Shown in pieces: positions 9,319-18,986 of a stretch of DNA of 32,000 nucleotides. The notes beneath the pieces are model-generated. The model was given only the letters and a program-made list of their open reading frames with translations. It was not told the origin of the DNA and searched no databases. Numbering within the stretch: the first letter of the stretch is position 1; every line of letters starts with the position of its first letter. The position numbers were made by a program, and so were the translations under genes. This DNA comes from Patescibacteria group bacterium (GTDB lineage Bacteria > Patescibacteriota > Patescibacteriia > 2-01-FULL-39-33), in assembly GCA_041649575.1 (NCBI GenBank), contig JBAZMW010000005.1:81687-113686 (forward strand). The letters run 5' to 3'.

Positions 9319-12300
9319 ATGATTACCAGTCAGGATCCCAATTTAGACTTTGAGGCCATCAAGCTTAGGCTGGCTTCTTCAAATGATATAAAAGCCTGGT
9401 CTCATGGCGAAGTGACTCGGCCGGAAACCATTAATTACCGCACCCAAAAACCGGAGCGGGATGGTTTGTTTTGTGAGAGAATTTTTGGTCCGGTCAAGGA
9501 TTGGGAATGTTATTGCGGTAAATACAAAAAAATTCGCTATAAGGGGATTGTTTGCGATAAGTGCGGCGTGGAAGTGACAAAAGCCATTGTTCGCCGGGAG
9601 CGCATGGGTCATATTGAACTGGCGTCGCCGGTTTCTCATATTTGGTTTTTGCGGGGCGTGCCTTCTCGCATCGGCTTAGCTTTGGATTTATCGGTTCAGT
9701 CTCTGGAAAAGGTTGTTTATTTCGCCAGCTTTATTATTACTTCCGTCAACGAGGAGTTAAAGGCGGAGACGCTGGGTCAAATCAAGGCTGAGTATAAACA
9801 ATATCGTAAACAAATTGAAAATGAATCGGAAAGAAAGGTGGAACAACTGAAAAAAATTGGCGAAACCAAGGCGGGTGTTCTAGAAAAAGAAACGGAGAAA
9901 ATATTTGTCCAAAAAGAGGACAAATTAAAAGAGCTGGAAAATACCATGATAGTGGCGGAAAACGAATTGAAAGACTTGAAACCCTTGAAAATTATTTCGG
10001 AACACGCTTTTCACGATTTGTCTTTGAAATATGGTCATATTTTTGAGGCCGATACCGGCGGCGAAGCGGTGCGCCGGCTGCTGTCGAAAATCAATCTGGA
10101 AGAAACTGTAAAAAAACTGGAAATAGAAACCGTTAAGGCGACGGGAGTCAAAAGAGGCAAGTTGATTAGGCGGGCTAAATTTTTTAACCAGCTTATCAAA
10201 AATGGAATTCGTCCCGAATGGATGATTTTAACTACCATCCCCGTTATTCCTCCGGATTTACGGCCGATGGTGCCTTTGGACGGCGGTCGTTTTGCCACCT
10301 CTGATTTGAATGATCTTTATCGTCGGGTGATTAACCGCAATAATCGTTTAAAACAACTCTTGGAGTTAAACGCCCCGGAGGTCATTACCAGAAACGAGAA
10401 AAGAATGCTTCAGGAAGCGGTTGATGCCTTAATTGATAATAACGCCCGCCATGGTAAAACCGTGGTGGCTTCAACCGGCCAAAAAAGAATGTTAAAAAGT
10501 ATCGCCGATATGCTCAAAGGCAAGCAGGGCCGTTTCCGACAAAATTTATTAGGCAAAAGAATTGACTACAGCGGCCGCAGCGTGATCGTTGTCGGTCCGG
10601 AGCTCAAGATGGATCAGTGCGGTCTGCCCAAAATTATGGCCCTGGAATTGTTTAAGCCGTTTATTATTTCCAAATTAATCCAGCGCGGGTTGGTTCATAA
10701 TGTTAGAAGCGCTAATCGCTATATCGAAAGTGGACACGAAGAAATTTGGGATTTACTAGAAGAAGTAGTGGAGGGTTCATATGTTTTATTGAATCGCGCT
10801 CCCACTTTGCATCGCCTGGGCATCCAGGCCTTCCGCCCGATTTTAATCGATGGTCGGGCAATCCAGGTTCATCCCTTGGTTTGTCCGGCGTTTAATGCCG
10901 ACTTTGATGGCGACCAAATGGCGGTTCATGTGCCATTGACCGAAGGGGCCCGCAAAGAAGCCAAGGAAATCATGCTCTCCACCAATAATATTTTGAAGCC
11001 GGCCGACGGCCGGCCAGTGGTGACGCCGCAGCAAGATATTATTTGGGGCTGCTATTACTTGACCACCATTAAAGAGACCGCAGAGCCAAAAGTTTTTTCG
11101 TCCCAAAATGAAGCGTTGTTGGCTTTTGAAAAGAAGCAAATAACCTTTCAGGATAAAATCAGGATTCGTTTTAAAAAGGGAGTCAAAAAAAGCAAAAAAC
11201 AAGCCGCGGAAAAAATAGAGCTATTGGAAACCACTTTGGGCAGGATTCTTTTTAATTCGGTTTTGCCGGTCAGTTTGGATTTTATCAATGAAAGAGTGGG
11301 CAAAAAAGAATTGAGCAAAATTTTAAGCAATATTTTACGTCGGTTTGGTTCGGAGGAAACCGTTCGGACTCTTGATGATCTAAAAGAGCTTGGTTTTCGC
11401 CATTTGACCCGATCGGGACAGTCGCTGGGTATGGATGACTTGTCAGAAATTAAGGAACGAGAGGAGTTAATTAAGCAAGGTAATAAGAATTTGGATGAGA
11501 TTGAGCAACAGTATCAGATGGGGCTTTTAACCGATGACGAAAGGCATGAAAAAATCGTGGAAATGTGGCTAAACATCAATAACAGCATTTTAAGCAAAGT
11601 AAAGGACTCTCTTTCCCAGGATAATTCTATTTTTAGCATGATTGATTCCGGCGCTCGTGGTTCTTGGGGGCAGCTGAGCCAGCTTATCGGCATGAAAGGC
11701 CCCGTGGTCAACCCAGCCTATGAAGTCATTGAATTGCCGGTTAAAGGTAATTTCAAAAAAGGTTTTGATGTTTTGGAATTTTTTATCTCCACTCACGGCG
11801 CTCGCAAAGGATTAACCGATACCGCTCTGCGCACTTCTTCCGCCGGCTATCTGACCAGAAGGCTGGTTGACGTCTCTCAAGACGTGGTGGTGGCCGAAGA
11901 GGATTGCGGCGACAAAGACGGATTGGTTCTGACCAGGACGGAAAGCGAAGCCATGAATAAAAATTTAGTCGACAGAATAGTTGGCCGTTATTTGGCTGAA
12001 GATATCAGCGATCCCAAAACCGGTAAGACCGTAGTGGCCAAGGGAGAATTAGTCAAAGAAGAATTAGTTGATAAACTGAAGGAATTAAAGCTAAATCAGG
12101 TTCGTATTCGTTCGGTTTTGACTTGTAAGAGCCTGGAAGGCGCTTGTCAGAAATGTTATGGCTATGATCTGGCTCATAATCAATTGGTGGAAAAGGGCAC
12201 GGCGGTGGGAATTATCGCGGCGCAAAGCGTGGGCGAACCGGGCACCCAGCTGACCATGAGAACCTTTCATACCGGCGGCGTGGCTTCGGAAGGCGATATC

Positions 12301-13215
12301 ACTCAAGGCTTGCCCAGAGTAGAAGAATTGTTTGAGGCTCGAATGCCAAAAGCAAAAGCGGTAATTGCCGAGGTGGCCGGAAAATTAAGTATCAAAGAAG
12401 GACAAAGAGAGGTCAAAAACACCGAAGGTAAAACCGTCATGGCCACTTCAAGTCGGGAAAGAATCTTGCAGATTAGCTATAAAGATCAGGTTGAAGATAA
12501 AATCAATTTCACCAGCAAGAGCGCCAAGTTAAAAGTCAAGGATAGTGAGAAGGTAAAATTGGGACAAGTATTATTTGTTGAAGACGAGAAAGAGACTACC
12601 AGTCCTTTTGAGGCCAAGGTGCGATTAGAAAAAGACGGCGTGGTTTTGATCAGTGACGGTTTGGGAGTGAAGGAATATATTATTCCGATTTCTCGTGCCA
12701 TATTGGTCAAAGATGGCGACGAGGTGGAGGCCGGCGATCAATTAACCGAAGGCAGTCTGGATTTACATCAGACTTACAGTCTGAAAGGACAGGAGTTCAC
12801 CCAGAAATACATCATGAAAGAGATTCATCTGGTTTATTCTTCCCAGGGACAAAATTTGAACGACAAACACGTGGAAATTATTGTCAGGCAAATGTTTTCC
12901 AAGGTTTACATTAAAGACGCTGGCGACAGCGATCTGATGCCGGGAGAGGTGATCGGCTACATGGAAATCGCCAATATCAACAAAGAACTGAAAAAACAGG
13001 GTAAAAAAGAAGTTGCATTCGACAGATTACTCTTGGGCATTACCAAGGTTTCTTTGTCCACCAGCAGCTGGTTGGCGGCCGCCTCTTTCCAGGAGACAGC
13101 CAAGGTATTAATTGATGCTTCCATTTCCGGTCGAACAGACGACCTTTCCGGATTAAAAGAAAATATAATTATCGGCCGCCTGATTCCGGCCGGTACCGGT
13201 TTCAAAAAAACCTAG
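9319..13215 (+). CDS. rpoC: DNA-directed RNA polymerase subunit beta'
   Basis: 1298 aa. N-terminal Zn site [23 protein letters not shown], catalytic [12 protein letters not shown], trigger-loop region [28 protein letters not shown], second Zn cluster C...CQKC. Confidence 0.98.
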   Translation: MITSQDPNLDFEAIKLRLASSNDIKAWSHGEVTRPETINYRTQKPERDGLFCERIFGPVKDWECYCGKYKKIRYKGIVCDKCGVEVTKAIVRRERMGHIELASPVSHIWFLRGVPSRIGLALDLSVQSLEKVVYFASFIITSVNEELKAETLGQIKAEYKQYRKQIENESERKVEQLKKIGETKAGVLEKETEKIFVQKEDKLKELENTMIVAENELKDLKPLKIISEHAFHDLSLKYGHIFEADTGGEAVRRLLSKINLEETVKKLEIETVKATGVKRGKLIRRAKFFNQLIKNGIRPEWMILTTIPVIPPDLRPMVPLDGGRFATSDLNDLYRRVINRNNRLKQLLELNAPEVITRNEKRMLQEAVDALIDNNARHGKTVVASTGQKRMLKSIADMLKGKQGRFRQNLLGKRIDYSGRSVIVVGPELKMDQCGLPKIMALELFKPFIISKLIQRGLVHNVRSANRYIESGHEEIWDLLEEVVEGSYVLLNRAPTLHRLGIQAFRPILIDGRAIQVHPLVCPAFNADFDGDQMAVHVPLTEGARKEAKEIMLSTNNILKPADGRPVVTPQQDIIWGCYYLTTIKETAEPKVFSSQNEALLAFEKKQITFQDKIRIRFKKGVKKSKKQAAEKIELLETTLGRILFNSVLPVSLDFINERVGKKELSKILSNILRRFGSEETVRTLDDLKELGFRHLTRSGQSLGMDDLSEIKEREELIKQGNKNLDEIEQQYQMGLLTDDERHEKIVEMWLNINNSILSKVKDSLSQDNSIFSMIDSGARGSWGQLSQLIGMKGPVVNPAYEVIELPVKGNFKKGFDVLEFFISTHGARKGLTDTALRTSSAGYLTRRLVDVSQDVVVAEEDCGDKDGLVLTRTESEAMNKNLVDRIVGRYLAEDISDPKTGKTVVAKGELVKEELVDKLKELKLNQVRIRSVLTCKSLEGACQKCYGYDLAHNQLVEKGTAVGIIAAQSVGEPGTQLTMRTFHTGGVASEGDITQGLPRVEELFEARMPKAKAVIAEVAGKLSIKEGQREVKNTEGKTVMATSSRERILQISYKDQVEDKINFTSKSAKLKVKDSEKVKLGQVLFVEDEKETTSPFEAKVRLEKDGVVLISDGLGVKEYIIPISRAILVKDGDEVEAGDQLTEGSLDLHQTYSLKGQEFTQKYIMKEIHLVYSSQGQNLNDKHVEIIVRQMFSKVYIKDAGDSDLMPGEVIGYMEIANINKELKKQGKKEVAFDRLLLGITKVSLSTSSWLAAASFQETAKVLIDASISGRTDDLSGLKENIIIGRLIPAGTGFKKT

Positions 13216-13232
13216 CGAATCTTAATAAAATT

Positions 13233-13261
13233 AAGCCCCGTTAAAAGCGGGGTTTTTTTTA
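13233..13261 (+). terminator. Rho-independent terminator after rpoC
   Basis: AAGCCCCG ttaaaag CGGGGTTTTTTTT. Confidence 0.85.
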
Positions 13262-13342
13262 TTTAAATTTAGATAAAAATAATTTAATTAATAAGACTTT
13301 AAGAGACATTAGAGATATTCAGTGATATGTATTACTTATAAT

Positions 13343-13372
13343 TTGACATTAATATACAATTTTTGTTATGCT
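13343..13372 (+). promoter_or_regulatory. Promoter of surface cassette 1
   Basis: TTGACA - 18 nt - TATGCT, with an extended TGt just upstream of the -10. Overlaps the ATG at 13368, which argues for a downstream start codon. Confidence 0.45.
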
Positions 13373-13409
13373 GAAAGTAGTTGGGGAAAAGTTAAATTTT
13401 TATTATCTA

Positions 13410-13616
13410 ATGTTTAACTCGGAATATAATTTGTTGACAATGGAACAGGTGGCCCAGCGTCTGGGAGTTTCGTTAAAGACGATTTATCGCTGGATAGAAT
13501 CCGGCCAATTACCGGTATCTTTGGTTGGCCGGAGAACTTATCGTATTTTTGAACGTGATTTTGTCAGATTTGTTTATTCCAGACAAATCAACAGACACGT
13601 AAATAAAAAAAGATAA
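13410..13616 (+). CDS. Excisionase-type (MerR-like/HTH_17) DNA-binding protein, paralog 1
   Basis: MEQVAQRLGVSLKTIYRWIESGQLPVSLVGRRTYRIFERDFVRF. The ORF track gives 13368 as start; 13410 aligns with the paralog start at 18778. Confidence 0.8.
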   Translation: MFNSEYNLLTMEQVAQRLGVSLKTIYRWIESGQLPVSLVGRRTYRIFERDFVRFVYSRQINRHVNKKR

Positions 13617-13627
13617 TTTTTAAAGAA

Positions 13628-14344
13628 ATGTTAAAACGAAGTAAAAAATTTATTTTACTGATGGCAGCGGTCGGCGTGTTGTTTTTTGGCGTTAATTTCT
13701 CCGGTGCCGCCATGAGTTCTGATAATTATCAGATTTGGGCGGACGTTATTTCCGTCGGCGGGATTGAGAAGGCTAGCTCCACTAATTATCGGATGCACAC
13801 CACCTTGGGCGAAGGAGCCAGTGGTCGCTTCTCCTCCAGCGGTGATTCGGGCCGAGCCGGCTTCAGAGAAATGCAAAAGTTTCATTTAACCTTGAGTCTC
13901 GGCGCCAGCGCTTTGGCCCTGGGCGAATTAAAAACAACAGAAACCAAGTCCGCCAGCCATACCTTAACCGTCGAATCAAATTCTGACACGGGCATCAGCG
14001 TCACTTTTTCTGGCAGCACTCTGGCTTGCGCCAGTTGCTCCGGCACCAATAGTGTCAGCGGCATCGGAGGCACCGCTGCCAGCTCGGCGATTGGCACCAG
14101 CCAGTTCGGCTTTAACTCGATTATTGATTTGAGCCAGAGCGCCTCGACTCCGCTGGCGGGCGCGGTGTCTCCTTATAACACTTCCGGCCAATACGCTTTT
14201 AGTAGCGGCTCACAGGTTATTAGCGCCACCACGGCAGTCAATCGAAGCGTTTTTAATATTAATTATATCGCCAACATCAATGGCAATGAAACGGGCGGCA
14301 GCTACAACACAACCATTACCTACACGGCGACTGCCAACTTTTAA
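13628..14344 (+). CDS. Exported protein of unknown function (signal peptide, Ser/Thr/Gly-rich)
   Basis: N-terminal KRSKKFILLMAAVGVLFFGVNFSGAA signal-like segment, then SSDNYQIWADVISVGGIEKASSTNYRMHTTLGEGASG and a low-complexity beta-rich region with a CASC motif. Confidence 0.7.
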   Translation: MLKRSKKFILLMAAVGVLFFGVNFSGAAMSSDNYQIWADVISVGGIEKASSTNYRMHTTLGEGASGRFSSSGDSGRAGFREMQKFHLTLSLGASALALGELKTTETKSASHTLTVESNSDTGISVTFSGSTLACASCSGTNSVSGIGGTAASSAIGTSQFGFNSIIDLSQSASTPLAGAVSPYNTSGQYAFSSGSQVISATTAVNRSVFNINYIANINGNETGGSYNTTITYTATANF

Positions 14345-14364
14345 TTAACAAATACTTAATCAAA

Positions 14365-15324
14365 ATGAGGATAAAAAAAATTTATATTTTACCGGCAATT
14401 TTGTTTCTGGCCATTATTTTGCCCAATTTGGCCAAGGCGTTCTCGGTTTCGCCGCCGATAATAGAGACAGATTTGAATCCCGGCCAATCTGGTCTAGAAA
14501 ATCTGGTTTTGTTTAACGAAACCGAACAGGAAGTTTTTTTAAACGGCTACGTAGAGACATTTAGGCCCAGAGGCGAGGCGGGCGAGGTGGAAGTGGTGCC
14601 ACCGGCTGTTTCCCAGCAGGCGGTTGCCTGGCTTAAATTGCCTGAAAATTCTCTAAGCTTGAAGCCGGGAGAAGAAAAAACAGTGCCTCTGATAATTAAC
14701 GTGTCCAAAACCGCCCAGGTTGGCGGCTATTATTTGGCGGTTATGTGGGAAACGTCGCTAGGGCCCAAAAAACAAACCAACCAGGTTCAGGTTTCCGGGC
14801 GGCTGGGCGTTTTGATTTTTTTGCGGGTTGAAGGCGCAGCCAAGGAAGAAATTTCTTTGAAGGATTTTCGGCTGGCAGAAAAAAAACAGGTGTTCGATCG
14901 TTTGCCGGTCGGTTTTGTGAGTCGCCTAGAAAACACCGGCAACGTTCATCTAAAACCAAAAGGATTAATTATCATCAAAAGTATTTTTGGCGTTGACGAG
15001 GTTTTGCCTTTTAACGAGGAGGAAAAAAATATCATGCCCCAGAGCATCAGAAGTTTTAACAATGACTGGGTTAAGGCCGGAGACAGGGCAAAGGCTGGTG
15101 GTTTTTGGTCGGAACTGAAGGCGGAACTAGGGCAATTTGCCTGCGGCCGGTTTTCGGCCCAGTTACAAGCGGAATACGGTCCAGATCATCAAAAAATAAA
15201 TTCGGAAAAAATTTATTTTTGGGTGTTGCCCTGGCGCCTCTTACTTTTAGCCGCAATCGGATTAATAATTTTTTTAGTTGCAACATTAACCTTAAGAAAA
15301 ATTAGCAAAAATAAGAGCGCTTAA
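14365..15324 (+). CDS. Exported membrane-anchored protein, DUF916/WxL-associated-like
   Basis: Signal peptide, beta-sandwich-like region (FSVSPPIIETDLNPGQSGLENLVLFNETEQEVF...KPGEEKTVPLIINV...GYYLAVMWE...RLENTGNVHLKPKGLI) and a C-terminal TM (WRLLLLAAIGLIIFLVATLTL) with a basic tail. Confidence 0.6.
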   Translation: MRIKKIYILPAILFLAIILPNLAKAFSVSPPIIETDLNPGQSGLENLVLFNETEQEVFLNGYVETFRPRGEAGEVEVVPPAVSQQAVAWLKLPENSLSLKPGEEKTVPLIINVSKTAQVGGYYLAVMWETSLGPKKQTNQVQVSGRLGVLIFLRVEGAAKEEISLKDFRLAEKKQVFDRLPVGFVSRLENTGNVHLKPKGLIIIKSIFGVDEVLPFNEEEKNIMPQSIRSFNNDWVKAGDRAKAGGFWSELKAELGQFACGRFSAQLQAEYGPDHQKINSEKIYFWVLPWRLLLLAAIGLIIFLVATLTLRKISKNKSA

Positions 15325-18300
15325 TGAAAAAAATATTTTTTTTAATAATCATTTTTATCGTTTTAACCAGCTTGATCTGGGCGGGTGTGGTTTTGGCTGT
15401 TAGCGAGAGTCGCGGCAGTAGTGTCAATATTAATGCCACCATTCCTACTTCCGGCGGCCCGCCGGGCTGTCCGCCGAATTGTCCGCCCAAGCCGGATTCT
15501 TTGGTAATCGACCAGATTTCGGCTGTCGGCTTCTGCACCTCGGCCACGGTTAACTGGCATACCTACCTTAGTCCCAGCGGCAAAGTAGCCAAAAGTACCG
15601 GCGTAGTCAGCTACTGGCCCAGTGGCCATCCAGAAGAAAAAGCTACAGTCAGCTCAACAGTGCCTTCGGAGTTTCACTCAGTGAATTTAAACGATTTAGA
15701 GCCACTGACTGCTTATGATTATGACATCACCGCTACCGCTGCAATCGGAGGAGCGTCTAGTGGCACCCTTAACTTCACTACCACTTGCGGCATCATTAAT
15801 GCTTCGATTGTCGCCGAGCCGGAAGAGCGGGGAGTGAAAATTATCGTCAGCTATCCCGACGACCCGGATATTAGCAAAGTGATTATCAGAAAAAAAATCA
15901 ACAGCGTTCCCCTTGATCAAAGCGATGGCGTTGAATTCTACTACGACGCGCAGCCGCATCCGCCTTTAAGCAGTGAGTTATTTTTTGACCCGCATTTAGC
16001 CGGTGATCCGGGGCAACGCGATTATGACAATTTTTCTAATTTGAATGATAATTACTGTTACGCGGTTTTTATTTGCAACAGCCACAATAACTGCTCCTCC
16101 GGTTCTTACGATTGCGCTCGCAGAGCCATACCAGAAGCCGATGGACTAATGGCTGTGCCCGGAAATGGGCGAATCGAGCTGCTCTGGTCCAATCCCGGCG
16201 ATAATAGCGCCAGCGATTTTATTTTTAGCAAGACGCGACTGATAAAAACCGGAGAGAATTGCTTGGCAGCTGACCCTACAGGAGGCGTGCTTCTAAGAGA
16301 AGGCGAGGCTACCGGCTATTTGGACGGCGCTTTGGAAAACAATCAGACTTATTATTACAAACTATTTGTCAAAAATAGCTATGGCGAATATTCCGACGGC
16401 TTATGCTTAAGAGCCGTGCCTTCGGCTCAGGCTCAAGCCAGGTGTATTAGCGGCGTTCGTTTGCAAAATGGCGACAAAAAAATAGAGGCTACTTGGATAA
16501 ATCCGGAAAATGAAGCCGGGGTTTTTGAGCTGGACAGTGTCCAGTGGCAGAGAGATTCTTCTTGTGTTGTCTCTGCCGGTAGCGGCCAGACCATTTACAG
16601 CGGCCTGGGAAATAGTTTTTCTGATACCAACGTTAATAACGGTTCTCTCTATGCTTATAGCAGTTTTGTAAATTATAATAATGATAGTACCGCCAGCTGC
16701 GGTTGTTTTTACGGCTTACCTGCGACAGAAACCGAGTTGCCAGAAGAAGTTTGTCCGGAGTGTTCGCTTAGTTTACAGCGGCCCAGCTTTAAATTTTATG
16801 TCAACTCCGGAGCCTTAGAACTTTTGGCCAACCAAAACAAACTAGACCTCCTGGCCGGCTACGATTTTTCAATCATCGCCGACCAAAGGGCTTTGCCTAA
16901 GCCGGTATCGCTTATGGTGGCCCAGCTTCAAGGCAAGAATTATTTTTTTTCGCTAAATAATTTACAGCAATCATATCAGGCTTCGCTAGCAACGCCTTTT
17001 AAGGAAGGAAGTTATAGTTTACAAATTACCACGGTTTACCAAGACAAAACCAAATCGGTGGAAACTTGGTATTTGATGATTTGGCCGCGCGGCGTGATCT
17101 TAGACGAAATCGGTCGTCCCATTAAAGGAGCCACTGTCTCGCTTTGGGCCGATAATGGCTCTTTGTCGGCCGGCCTGGGTTTTGCCAACCCCCAATCAAC
17201 CGATACTTTTGGATCATACGGTTTAATGGTGGCCAGTGGCAAGTATTATCTGGAAGTCGAATATAGGGGCTACCAAAAAGAGCGCTTGGCTGTCGAGATT
17301 AAAAACAACATTGTCAATGCCAACTTCAGGCTGATAAAAATAAAAAGTTTTTTGGAACAAGTTGTCGGGTCTTTGTCTAACTTGCTGCCGCCAGCCCGCC
17401 AAGCCAACAATTACATTGCTCCGGGCATAATGCTAATGGCTTTAATTAATACGGCGGCGGCTGTGCCTTTTTGGAATTTTGTTTATTATTTACAATATCT
17501 TTTCACCGAGCCGTTGGCTTGGCTGTTTAGGCGGCGGCGACAGGGCTGGGGAGTGGTCTTTAACTCTATCACTAAAAAACCGGTTGACCTGGCAGTAGTG
17601 CGGCTCTATGACCGTCAAGCGGGGCGGTTGTTGCGTTCACGGGTGACGGATAAGGAGGGAAGATACAGTTTTTTGGTGGGTCAGGGAGTTTATTACTTGG
17701 AGGTGATCAAGGCGGGATTTGTCTTTCCCTCGAACATTTTAAAAGGCGTTAATGAGGACAGGAGTTACACCGATATTTATCATGGTCAAAACATTGAAAT
17801 TAGAGACGACCAAAAAGGAATTATTATCGCCAACATACCTCTGGATCAAGAGGAACTAAAGATTACCGACAAACAGGTAATCAGTCGTGACTTTTGGAGA
17901 AAGGTTAAAGAGAATATTAGCGTTGTCAGCCCGATTTTAGCCATCATTTCTTTCGCAGTGTCGCCCACGATTTTGATTGGTTCTTTTACCATCTTGCATC
18001 TGATTTTGTATCTTTTCTTTAGAAGGCTGGCCAAAACCAGACAGGCCAAGCCCTGGGGCGTCATTTACAATAAAGACAATAAAAAGTCATTGGCTAAGTC
18101 GGTAGTTCGAATTATCGCGCCGGAATACAACCGGATGCTCGAAGCCCAGGTGACCGACAATTATGGGCGTTATGGTTTTTTGGTGGACAATAATATTTAT
18201 TATGTTACGGCCAACAAAGATGGTTACCGGGAGAAAAAGAGCGACGAGATTAATCTGGTTGGCAAAAAATCGAGCGAGGTGGTGGGGCAGGATTTGTCGC

Positions 18301-18527
18301 TGGAGCCGGTGAGCGGCAAGGGCGCAGTTGATTTTGGCGTCGGCTCGGAAACGGAAAAAACCACTGCAACGGAGGTTTTGGCTTCGCCCCAAGCGGCAGG
18401 TGGCCAGGATAATACCGCGCCAGAATCCAAGGAAGAAGCTAAGCAGCCGGACGAAATCGTCGCTGCCGCCGTTTCTGAAGTCAAAAGCGAAAACAAAGAA
18501 GTTATAAAAGAGGATTATCGTGGTTAA
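15324..18527 (+). CDS. Large membrane protein with Fn3-like and three carboxypeptidase-regulatory-like domains
   Basis: 1067 aa. Signal/TM, Fn3-like SVNLNDLEPLTAYDYDITATAAIG. Repeated beta-domain units: RGVILDEIGRPIKGATVSLW..GSYGLMVASGKYYLEV; WGVVFNSITKKPVDLAVVRLYD..GRYSFLVGQGVYYLEVIKAGF; WGVIYNKDNKKSLAKSVVRII..GRYGFLVDNNIYYVTANKDGY. Hydrophobic segments lie between them. The start overlaps the previous stop (TAATG). Confidence 0.7.
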   Translation: MKKIFFLIIIFIVLTSLIWAGVVLAVSESRGSSVNINATIPTSGGPPGCPPNCPPKPDSLVIDQISAVGFCTSATVNWHTYLSPSGKVAKSTGVVSYWPSGHPEEKATVSSTVPSEFHSVNLNDLEPLTAYDYDITATAAIGGASSGTLNFTTTCGIINASIVAEPEERGVKIIVSYPDDPDISKVIIRKKINSVPLDQSDGVEFYYDAQPHPPLSSELFFDPHLAGDPGQRDYDNFSNLNDNYCYAVFICNSHNNCSSGSYDCARRAIPEADGLMAVPGNGRIELLWSNPGDNSASDFIFSKTRLIKTGENCLAADPTGGVLLREGEATGYLDGALENNQTYYYKLFVKNSYGEYSDGLCLRAVPSAQAQARCISGVRLQNGDKKIEATWINPENEAGVFELDSVQWQRDSSCVVSAGSGQTIYSGLGNSFSDTNVNNGSLYAYSSFVNYNNDSTASCGCFYGLPATETELPEEVCPECSLSLQRPSFKFYVNSGALELLANQNKLDLLAGYDFSIIADQRALPKPVSLMVAQLQGKNYFFSLNNLQQSYQASLATPFKEGSYSLQITTVYQDKTKSVETWYLMIWPRGVILDEIGRPIKGATVSLWADNGSLSAGLGFANPQSTDTFGSYGLMVASGKYYLEVEYRGYQKERLAVEIKNNIVNANFRLIKIKSFLEQVVGSLSNLLPPARQANNYIAPGIMLMALINTAAAVPFWNFVYYLQYLFTEPLAWLFRRRRQGWGVVFNSITKKPVDLAVVRLYDRQAGRLLRSRVTDKEGRYSFLVGQGVYYLEVIKAGFVFPSNILKGVNEDRSYTDIYHGQNIEIRDDQKGIIIANIPLDQEELKITDKQVISRDFWRKVKENISVVSPILAIISFAVSPTILIGSFTILHLILYLFFRRLAKTRQAKPWGVIYNKDNKKSLAKSVVRIIAPEYNRMLEAQVTDNYGRYGFLVDNNIYYVTANKDGYREKKSDEINLVGKKSSEVVGQDLSLEPVSGKGAVDFGVGSETEKTTATEVLASPQAAGGQDNTAPESKEEAKQPDEIVAAAVSEVKSENKEVIKEDYRG

Positions 18528-18530
18528 ATT

Positions 18531-18560
18531 TTGTCAATTGAGAACAATTAAGTATATAAA
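18531..18560 (+). promoter_or_regulatory. Promoter-like element A upstream of cassette 2
   Basis: TTGTCA - 18 nt starting ATTGAGAACA - TATAAA. Confidence 0.4.
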
Positions 18561-18643
18561 TACTACAAATAGTAATTATTCTTTATTTAATTATCTAAAT
18601 TAGGTATTTATATATAAATTTAATACCTGTTGATAACTTTTTA

Positions 18644-18673
18644 TTGACAATTGAGAACATAATCTTTTATAAT
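18644..18673 (+). promoter_or_regulatory. Promoter-like element B upstream of cassette 2
   Basis: TTGACA - 18 nt starting ATTGAGAACA - TATAAT. Confidence 0.65.
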
Positions 18674-18708
18674 TAACTTAAATACCAACAGCTAAAAATT
18701 AGCATAAA

Positions 18709-18741
18709 ATGAGTAAAAACAGATTGTTTTATAAGCCATAA
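18709..18741 (+). other. Possible 10-codon leader ORF (MSKNRLFYKP*)
   Basis: ATG AGT AAA AAC AGA TTG TTT TAT AAG CCA TAA. Its last sense codons form the 5' arm of the following terminator-like hairpin. No clear SD. Confidence 0.25.
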
Positions 18742-18769
18742 TATTTTTTTATTCTGGCTTTTTATTTTT
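18733..18769 (+). terminator. Weak terminator/attenuator-like hairpin ahead of HTH paralog 2
   Basis: AAGCCA ... TGGCTT (6 bp) followed by TTTATTTTT. Confidence 0.35.
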
Positions 18770-18777
18770 AAATAATA

Positions 18778-18972
18778 ATGAGCAATCGGATTCTGACAAT
18801 TGAAGAAGTGGCCAAAACCATGAAGGTCAGTCTAAAAACTGTTTACCGCTGGATTAGTGCCGGCCAGTTGCCGGCTGCCAAAATTGGCTATAAAACCTAC
18901 CGAGTTTTTGAAGGCGATTTAATTAAATTTTTAAGGCGCCATATGTTTTCTTCGGCGCGCCGTCTAAGATAG
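18778..18972 (+). CDS. Excisionase-type (MerR-like/HTH_17) DNA-binding protein, paralog 2
   Basis: MSNRILTIEEVAKTMKVSLKTVYRWISAGQLPAAKIGYKTYRVFEGDLIKFLRR. Confidence 0.85.
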   Translation: MSNRILTIEEVAKTMKVSLKTVYRWISAGQLPAAKIGYKTYRVFEGDLIKFLRRHMFSSARRLR

Positions 18973-18986
18973 AACAAACAACCGCC

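Noticed and set aside
6493-13205. Antisense and alternate-frame ORFs within rpoB and rpoC
   Set aside because: All are shadow ORFs of strongly conserved coding sequence.
13410-18972. Excisionase-type HTH genes as evidence of a prophage or integrative element
   Set aside because: No integrase, transposase, att-like duplication, tRNA target or phage structural/replication genes are visible. The HTH domains are better read as small DNA-binding regulators.
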